Source of the DNA: Epithemia pelagica | Taxonomy: Eukaryota > Protista > Bacillariophyta | Direction of reading: 5' to 3' | DNA length: 64,000 nucleotides | Assembly (NCBI GenBank): GCA_946965045.2 | Contig: OX337229.1 | Coordinates: 3,286,001-3,350,000 of the forward strand | Shown here: piece by piece, positions 24,201 through 32,193 of the stretch | Numbering within the stretch: the stretch's first letter is position 1 | Layout: the number at the start of each line of letters is the position of its first letter | Notes under the pieces: generated by a model | Told to the model about the DNA's origin: nothing | Databases searched by the model: none | What the model saw: the letters and a program-made list of their open reading frames with translations, nothing else | Translations under genes and position numbers: made by a program

Positions 24201-24459
24201 TTTGATGGGAGGCCGCAGGGACAGAAGAAGAAGGAGTGAACAGAGCCAGGGGAGAGGCATGGATGGATGTAGCCAGTGGAACCTGTGGTTGCTGCGGCTG
24301 TTGCAACGGGGTAGATACATGACTACTGGAGGATGGTGGTGGTGGATGCAACTGGGATGAATGGGGATTGGAAAATAACAGGGCTGCCTGGTTGGAATCG
24401 TCACCACTGCCGGCGGCGTGTGGGGGTTGACCTACCGATGTGGGTGGTGGTCCATACAT
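15295..24459 (-). CDS. SEC16: Sec16 (COPII/ER exit-site scaffold) with an N-terminal array of WW domains, ~3029 aa
   Basis: Exons 24459-17304 and 17228-15295, with a 75-nt GTAAGT...CAG intron; total 9090 nt in frame. Sec16 motifs occur on both sides of the intron: RPFCATAHLAFGG, IIGPL, DLLWRLI, ELLVRGKREEAVDCAI, HLAAIINNR, LGDRL..EAAHFC, TEAYEW, YAMRLMEYG and C-terminal YYDEKLKRWV. Confidence 0.85.
17930..23570 (-). repeat. Array of 17 complete plus 1 truncated WW domains
   Basis: Repeated LP.GW.E..D..(S/T)G..YY(Y/F)(N/H)...G(E/Q)T(T/S)W(E/D).P units separated by acidic Ser/Thr/Pro spacers. Confidence 0.95.
22715..23400 (-). repeat. 345-bp near-identical tandem duplication containing WW2 and WW3
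   Basis: atgataataatagaatcgccccgtag occurs at 22831 and 23176; flanking spacer sequence is also duplicated. Confidence 0.9.
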
Positions 24460-25170
24460 GCTGAGAGATCCGTTTTGTTGGAGCGTGTTGGCCTTGGTGG
24501 AAGAGTCGTGCGATCGAGAGTCGAGAGGATATCCAAAAATGATCAACGGGGCTAAATCGTTGGTGGCTTTCCTTTCGAGAACAAAGTGGAGTCAATGTGA
24601 CAAAGAAACGCCACTACCAAGAATAAATCATGCAAGGATTTATTGGAATCCTGACGATGATTGGAGGATACAAATGAGAAACCTTTGCTCTCTGTGGACA
24701 TAGAGATCTTATCGTTGCTCTCAATAGACCAAAATGGGAACAAGTGACCGGAGGGAGAGGAATGACGATGGTGCGTGCGCGGCGACGCCGACGCGTTGAT
24801 GGCGTGCGCCGTGCGCATGGAGTGTGCTATGCGCGACTACAACCCAAATGACTACGCCTCAGCCTCCTGAAGGGAAGGATATAGGAATAAATCTTTAAGT
24901 AAAAGTTTTCTCTAACCGATGAGAAGTGGTTTGTTCCCGTCGCCATCATTTTCGCAATGGTGGGTGTGTCTGCTGCCGACGACAAGAAAATTGCTCAATG
25001 ACAGTATCGAATATTGGCGGTGCGACTCTGATTCCCCATTGATCGACTTTTCTTCTCTTGCACCACGAAGGGAGCCACAACAACGACGGCACTGTAGTTG
25101 TGAGATTGAACAAGACACGAACCAAAGGCCCACCCGAAAACTGCTCCATTCTCAAAAAGTTTTGGAAACA

Positions 25171-26244
25171 ATGCTACTCTGGCACACGACAAGACCGTTT
25201 GTCGTTATACTGTTGGTTCTGGCCTACAGCTGCTCGGTCGTGGCAGCACCCAATGAATTGTTTGATTCTTTGGATACGAACCACGATGGATCTCTGGCCA
25301 AGGAGGAATTGTTTGATGCCGCGGATCTCAATCACGACGGTGCCTTGGACGCCACCGAATTTCAAACCTTGTCGAGCAAATTTCAAGCTCTGGCGGCCGC
25401 TGCGGCGGCATCTCCCGCCGCCAAAACCTTGTTGCAACAAGCATCGGCCACCACCGCAACTGCCACCTTGTCGTCCCTCGTGGGATTTTGGAAAGCCTTT
25501 ACGTCTTCCTTTGCCATGATTTTGGCCACGGAAGTGGGCGACAAGACCTTTTTCATTGCCGCCATTTTGTCCATGAAACATTCGAGGGCCGCCGTCTTTG
25601 CCGGGGCGTTTGCCGCCTTGATTGTCATGACCATTTTGTCCACCGCCATGGGCTTGGTTTTGCCCACCTTTGTCCCTCGCAAATACACGCATTGGTTGGG
25701 CGGCATTCTCTTTTTGTATTTTGGAGTCAAACTGCTCTACGACAGTCGCACCATGGATGCTGGAAAGGCGTCGGAAGAGTTGGAAGAAGTTGAAGAAGAG
25801 TTGGGCACCACATCCAGTAACAAAAAAGCTGATATTGAAGAGGGACAAGCCGCACAATCATCGTCTTCGACGACAAGGGGTGGCGTCGTGCATCGGAAAG
25901 CACCACCACCCAACACATTGTCGGGAACAATCTCCACCACCAACAGCAAAGGCGTGGGTATTACCTCCAAAAATTGGTATCAAGTTGTGTTGCAATCTTT
26001 TACCTTGACCTTTATTGCCGAATGGGGCGATCGAAGTCAAATTGCCACCATTGCCCTGGCGGCCGCCAAAAACCCCATTGGCGTGACGATTGGTGGTACC
26101 TTGGGACATTTCATGTGTACGGGGGCTGCCGTCTTGGGTGGACGAATGATTGCCTCTCGCATTTCCGAAAAAACGGTCAGTCAAGTAGGAGGCATTATAT
26201 TTTTCATCTTTGGGATACATTCCCTCTTTTTCGAGTCGGACTAA
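25171..26244 (+). CDS. GDT1: GDT1/TMEM165 (UPF0016) Ca2+/Mn2+ transporter with signal peptide and two EF-hand loops
   Basis: Both family motifs are present (EVGDKT and EWGDRSQ), with an acidic central loop EELEEVEEEL, a hydrophobic N-terminus after the ATG at 25171, and EF loops DTNHDGSLAKEE and DLNHDGALDATE. Confidence 0.92.
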   Translation: MLLWHTTRPFVVILLVLAYSCSVVAAPNELFDSLDTNHDGSLAKEELFDAADLNHDGALDATEFQTLSSKFQALAAAAAASPAAKTLLQQASATTATATLSSLVGFWKAFTSSFAMILATEVGDKTFFIAAILSMKHSRAAVFAGAFAALIVMTILSTAMGLVLPTFVPRKYTHWLGGILFLYFGVKLLYDSRTMDAGKASEELEEVEEELGTTSSNKKADIEEGQAAQSSSSTTRGGVVHRKAPPPNTLSGTISTTNSKGVGITSKNWYQVVLQSFTLTFIAEWGDRSQIATIALAAAKNPIGVTIGGTLGHFMCTGAAVLGGRMIASRISEKTVSQVGGIIFFIFGIHSLFFESD

Positions 26245-26367
26245 ACAACAAACCACATCAACGCCACTCTGCCGATACATTGCTAGATCTCCTAGAAACA
26301 ACTGCACTCACTCACACACACACATGCCTATATCTTTACAAAACTGGTTGGTATTGCTTGGTACTAG

Positions 26368-26866
26368 CTACCGAGCGCCAGTGTTGCTGTCGTTTCTTCC
26401 CAAAATATCTCCTGAAGTGGCTTGGAAATCTTTTAGAAGTTGTTGTTTGTATTCCATGTCTTTCAAATATTTTTGTTGTTGTTCTTGTTGCTGGTCCAGT
26501 ACCTTCTTGGGCGCATGCTCGATTCCAAAAATATACCGATCCACCGTCGTTTGCGACAAGTCTCGGAGACCCTCAAAACAGTGCGGTCCTTTGTATCCCG
26601 GAATATCGTAATCCGCAAAAAAGACGGCATAGCCACCCCCTATCGCACAGACAACATAGGTTGCCACTTTCCTGTGTTGGATTCGACAGAGAAGCAGCCA
26701 ATTCACAAGGACCCATTTGCCAGTCGTCGGAAAAAGCAAGACAAACAAGATAAGATGCGAGTGGGAGATGAATTGCCGCGAGATATAATTTGCGGATGTA
26801 TGCGGCCACAAGCGACGGCTGAAGGACAACCTACCAATTTCGTTTTGTTTGTTCACTCAGGACCAT
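26368..26866 (-). CDS. Small single-pass membrane protein, 111 aa, unknown function
   Basis: Exon 1 26866-26835, intron 26834-26672 (GTAGGT...CAG), exon 2 26671-26368. Gives MVLSEQTKRNWKVATYVVCAIGGGYAVFFADYDIPGYKGPHCFEG... with a Q/K-rich helical tail. Confidence 0.6.
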
Positions 26867-27818
26867 GGTCGAATCTGTTCTACCGTGCGAAAGACGGGCA
26901 AAATGATTGGACGACGAGATCTTTTCTTAGGTCTACCTGCGTCCTTCAGACGACCTATAAGCGATCTTTAACGCGACCTTTTCTCCTCAAATAATGTAGT
27001 GGAGCTCTCCACATTCCATAGTAGGAGAACCTCTAGTTGAGCAGAGCAAGAGTAGAGCGTTATTATTTCTTCTAAAAAGTCCCAATCACTCTACAAATAT
27101 TAAGTCCAAGTCAATCACTCGCCACTCGCCATGTTATGTGAGTCTCTATTACAGTCACGCAGTAAGCGGCAACACAAACTCATCTACGTAGTCATCAATA
27201 AATTAGCGCACGGAAAACATCTCTCTCCGGCTACTTTTCTTTCTTGGTTCTGTCCCTGGGACACTGGTTCACGCTGGGCAACGACAGTGTTCAGTGTTCC
27301 CAATCTGGCAAATGGGTGCACTGAACACTGAACACAATCCTTGAGAGCATGGTCAGGAGAATGACTCGACGGACACTGTTCCTCGACATCGATATTGGGG
27401 TGATTTCAAGATCTTCCAGTGAACTCGCGAGGGACATGCGACTCATTTTGACGGCCCCGCCAAGGTCTATAGTCTATTATCTACTCTGTAGATTTATGTA
27501 CTCGACCCACAGGGGTGTTAGTTTCAAAAGGCAGCAATATGATTGGGTTAGAAATGTCGTTTCACAAAAAATCACTTAGGAAACAAATGTCGTTACAAGT
27601 GTCTTACCGTGTCCCGGGAACCCATCGAATCACGGACAAAAAACATGGAGGGAAGATTCCATCAGCCGATCCGGTCGGTCCTTCACGGTCGCCCATGGCA
27701 TGGCCAAGTCGACCATTGCGACAAGTCCTCTTCTGACCATCTCATGACCCTTTTGAGCATGGTCAGAAGCCTGGAAAAGAGGATACACTTCAATAAGTTA
27801 GAATAACAAATAGAGATC

Positions 27819-30800
27819 ATGAGTTCTGCAGCACAATTCACAGCGGCCAAGGCCATGGGGCCACAGTCGCAACGATACGGAAATCAGTACTCTCGTTGGC
27901 CAAAGAAGAGTTGGAAGAAGCGTTCAGGTTGGAGAAAGATGGACCTTTCGGTCATCTTTGAGTCCGACATTGACTGCCCCATCTGCAGGGCCAAGGCAAG
28001 AGGAATGGCCATCCCTCATCGCCCTCACCACCCCAGATGCAGCAAAAACACAACAACAAGGGGCAAGGGAATGAACGATGGAAGAGGAGCAGAGGTAGTG
28101 GCCTCAGAAAAGGCCCAGGCTGCCCATGCCAAAGCAATCCGCAAGCAACTTACCAGTGCAGAGAGATTGTCCGCCTCCAATGTCACACAGGAGGCACTCA
28201 ACACTTTCATGGAGCATCGTCCAAATTGCTCGTCGAAAAAAGCAACGACAAGAGACGCTGAAAATGAAAAAACACAATCAACTACGGAGACTACGGCAAC
28301 GGAAAGTTCTACCGTTGGTGGCGAGGAAGGCGTGTATGTTCCAACAGCCGAAGATTTCAAGTTTGAGGTAATTATGCGTGTGACAGCAGTACCTACGGAG
28401 GTGCATGTCCCACGTGCTGTGCATGCGTTGGCGAGTTATGTGACCGACACGTGCCTTGGTTCTAAGCGTTGTGTTGAGAATTTGAAACCTTTCTTCACTA
28501 ATATTACCCTTACTGTACCCCCCATTGCCGACAACACAAGTGCTTTGTACGACTCGATTGTGGGACATGAACTCCTGGTTGTTGATTGGGAGCTGTTTTT
28601 CCCCAGTCACCACTTGCGTTGTCCTCGTTGCCGGGGTAATCTCCAGCGTACGCGATCGAACTTTTCAAAAAACAAGTCCCTTTTCCCCATTTTCGCCATG
28701 TCTGGTCCCCCAAAGTATGCAATACTTATGGGATACAAGTGTGCCGGGTGCTCGGCTGCCTTCTATGCGAATGATGGAGAATTGCTCGCACGACTGCCTC
28801 CCTACATGGCTATGTGTTACCCAGTGGAATCCAAGTATGCTAGAGGAACATCGCATCTAGCTAAAGATGCTACGAGGATTATGGAAGCATCAATGGTAAC
28901 CTATGGCAATGGGGATTACATCAGTCGGATGCTATATGAAGGAATCAACACCTACTATGAAGACAAGACAATGAGATACTATTCTTATTGTGCTGCTACA
29001 GGAAAAGAATCAGAAGACTACGTGCAAAAGGATGGTGAGTTTCTGGTTCGCTACCCACCTTTAGGCGAGACAATCCGCCAGCTATATGATGATGGAGCAA
29101 GCTCCGAATGGCAACCCTGGATGGTGTCGGACAATGAGAGAAACACAAGAGAGATTCAAGGGGTTAGATGCCAGCACATGTTTGCTCACGACCACACCCA
29201 CCAGGTAGTGAAAAATTATCCAAGACGCCTCAATGCAGCTGCAATGTGGACCATGGCAACAGAGGCAGGAGAAATTGCTTGTGCAGTGTTAGTGCACGAC
29301 ACATCAGCACTCGAGTTTGCACATGCTGCGGAACAAGTGCTGAGACGTACCGGGTTTTGCCCCAAGGCCATGTACTCTGACACATGGCCTTGTGGCCAGG
29401 ATTTTTGGTTGTTGTTGGTTGATGACTTGGAGGGCCGTCTTGGCCTTTTCCATTTCATACAGAGGATCACCAAGACGCTCAGACAACGGCACATTGACTT
29501 TGGGATAGCCATGAAGGATTTGTTGGATGCAATCTACGAGTACCATCCTGAAGACTTGGAGAAACTTGTTGGTTCTTTGAAAAATGGAACCATGTCAAGC
29601 TCCAAGAAACAATACACAGACAAAGAGATCAGTGAAATGATGGGAACAAAGACCTTTCGACAGAGGTACTCAAAGAACTTACGGAAGATTATTCGGGGTG
29701 GCGATACGATTGTCCTCAAGTTGGAGGAGTGGAAGTGCAAATACAAGTGCACTTCCACTCCTGGCAAGCCACCAGCACGAGGCCGATTGGATCCACACTC
29801 CAATCAACCTCTTTTTACGGCCGAAACACATCAAGCACTGGAAAACTGTAAAGACAAGGCAAAGTTCCTTGCTGATCCCTTGCCCGTGGAGAAAATGTAT
29901 CGTGAGATACCTCCATCACCAAGATCAAGCAACCAGCTGGTGGAGTACGTACCTTTGAGAGGAGAGAGTAAGCTCGAGAGCTTTCATGACAATTTGACGC
30001 ATTTTGCCAACTGTGGCATGCGAGAAACTCTCGCAGATGCTTTGAATTTGGCAGGCACGGCCCAGTATAACAGGGCAATTCGTCACAAGATGAGAATCAT
30101 GACGAAGTCTCAAGAAGAACGTTCAGTGGTGCCTGCAGGATGGGAAATGGTGGTGAGTTTTGGTAACGCATGCAAAACAAACATGATCAATATACTTGCC
30201 TCGATGTCTGGAGCTTCTCGTCCTCCCTTTCCAGAGGTTGAGAAGCTTCCAGAAGATACGGGAGAACGGTTTTTCTCCGAGTACCTGGAAACGAGAAAAG
30301 AAATCACGCAACAAGTTCCAAAGCATCCACTCAACGATCGATGCCAGTGCCGAAAATGTGCGAGCAACAAGAAGAGGTTGCCGCATGACACGTCCATTCC
30401 ATTGTTGGGTTTGGCAGAGGAGGAGTCAGAGGTCGAAGATGAAATCCAACAACAGGACAGCGAGGAGAATCCAGACAAAATACAACAACCACAGACACAG
30501 CCAGAAACACAACAACAGACACGGCAAGAAACACAACAACAGACACAACAACAAGAAACAGCACAAGCACAGGCAATCAGTAGCAATAAGAGAAAGGAAA
30601 GAGAGGGAGAAGAAAAAGAGAGCGACAATTTGGATGAGAACAACACCAGCAACAAAAAGCAAAAGGTTACAAACAACAGCGAAGCCTTACTAACAACAAC
30701 GATGGCAGCAACAAATCAATCAGCAGCGACAGTGCAGGATCAACAACAACAACACAAAGAGCCTCAAAATGCAGCAAACAGCACACCTGCAATGGCAACA

Positions 30801-31151
30801 ACAGCAAATGGGTTGGTGGTACTGCAATCGACAACAACAACAACGACAACAAGACAGAAAAACCAACCTGTCAACCCGTACAAGCAAAATCAGCAACGGC
30901 CAACAACACTCCCCGATCAACAGCAATACCCCTTTGCATTCAACAGCAATCCGCATGGCTGGGGTGGTCTTCAATCCGTCCCGAGATGCATGCCCACCTT
31001 TCCTCCCTTCGGACCACCACCTCGTGTCCAAACCCAGTTCTGTTGCGTCAAGCACATGAAGTACTGCGTAGAACGAGGGAAAGGACGTCCACCCCATGAC
31101 CGACGCTGCCTCAAACGAGCCTTGAACAAGGCACCATCTTCATTCTCTTGA
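27819..31151 (+). mobile_element. Intronless 1110-aa DDE-type transposase-like ORF (Mutator/KDZ-like clan; resembles DUF6729-associated proteins)
   Basis: N-terminal CxxC modules (LRCPRC, YKCAGC), then putative catalytic motifs AHDHTH (D1), MYSDTWP (D2), RLGLFHF (xxH signature) and RGESKLESFH (E). No introns; flanks are AT-richer and rich in hairpins. Element termini are not defined. Confidence 0.65.
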
Positions 31152-32193
31152 TTGACCTGAATACCTGCATGACAAACAACAAAAAGAAAAATTCGTAGTG
31201 AGTAACATCGTAGCAAAAAGAATTATGACAAGATCTTGTGCGAGGTGCAAGCAGTTCCGATTGTGATGCGAAGCACAGACTGGATACGCCTCATCACATG
31301 CTACGTAGAACCACGTGAAAGGTCATCGGATGGTCGGGAGGATTGTACCAGTGTAGAATGTCGTTTCAATAACAAAAAGGTGCTGAAACGACATGAAGGG
31401 CTTAATCGTTTTGGAGGGGAAGTGCCTTCTCCCCTCTGAGGGAAGCTTGGAGCTTCCTAGAACATTTCATACGTCAGAGGAAACAAACGTGAGACTGCGA
31501 GCAATACGCGGATCGATTTCATGAAGGAATCTGACTTACGGAATCTCCTTCTTCTCTCCTTCTCTCTCCCCCTCCTCTCCCCCTCTCCTCTGCCTTCTCC
31601 CCCCCTATTTTCCACGTAGAGCGATGTGGGGCAAGACACCGCCTCCGTGAATACCCAGTCACCACTCACCCGTACACAAGACTCATGAAAATGCAAATTC
31701 ACTGGCTATACAACCTATCTCTATGTACCGCTTCATGCCACTTACGCAAATGGATGTCAGGTACTGACCTGTCGTAGGCTATAGTAGAGTTTCAAGATGA
31801 GTGAAAGCTAGAGAGTAGTATGCATTCAAATTCTCGACAAGTAACAGCTCGAGTACTTGCCGCTATAGTTACCCCGAAACTACCAAGCAGTTGCGGCTTC
31901 GTTACCTTCTTCTACATGTGCTCAAGCTAATCCGGTGGCGACAACAGACGGAGTCAGTCACTTAGTTCACAGACCTTCACCTACACTACAAGATTTAGAC
32001 GATTGAATAAAGATCCAAGTACGTGTGTGAGGATTCACCAAGAGTTCAGAACCACGGATTGGGACAATCGTCTTGGTCACACTGTCTTCAGATTGATCTA
32101 TTCGAGAAGGTGCTCTTCCCTGCAGGTCCAGCATCTATTGAGTTTGTATTGCTCTGAGTTTTAGTTTTTGTAGTCGTTCCTTGCCTAGCTCCC

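Noticed and set aside
1-24459. Nucleoporin YPP repeats as ligands of the nearby Sec16 WW array
   Set aside because: YPP is not the PPxY consensus, the WW units lack the group I signature, and genomic proximity implies little in a eukaryote.
30110-31097. Cys-rich minus-strand ORFs suggesting metallothionein-like proteins
   Set aside because: They are the reverse complement of the CAA/ACA-rich Gln/Thr linker of the transposase.
27508-31438. CACAGGGG / CCCCTCTG as hAT-like terminal inverted repeats of the DNA transposon
   Set aside because: Only 7 of 8 bases match, the adjacent sequence aligns poorly and no target-site duplication is visible.
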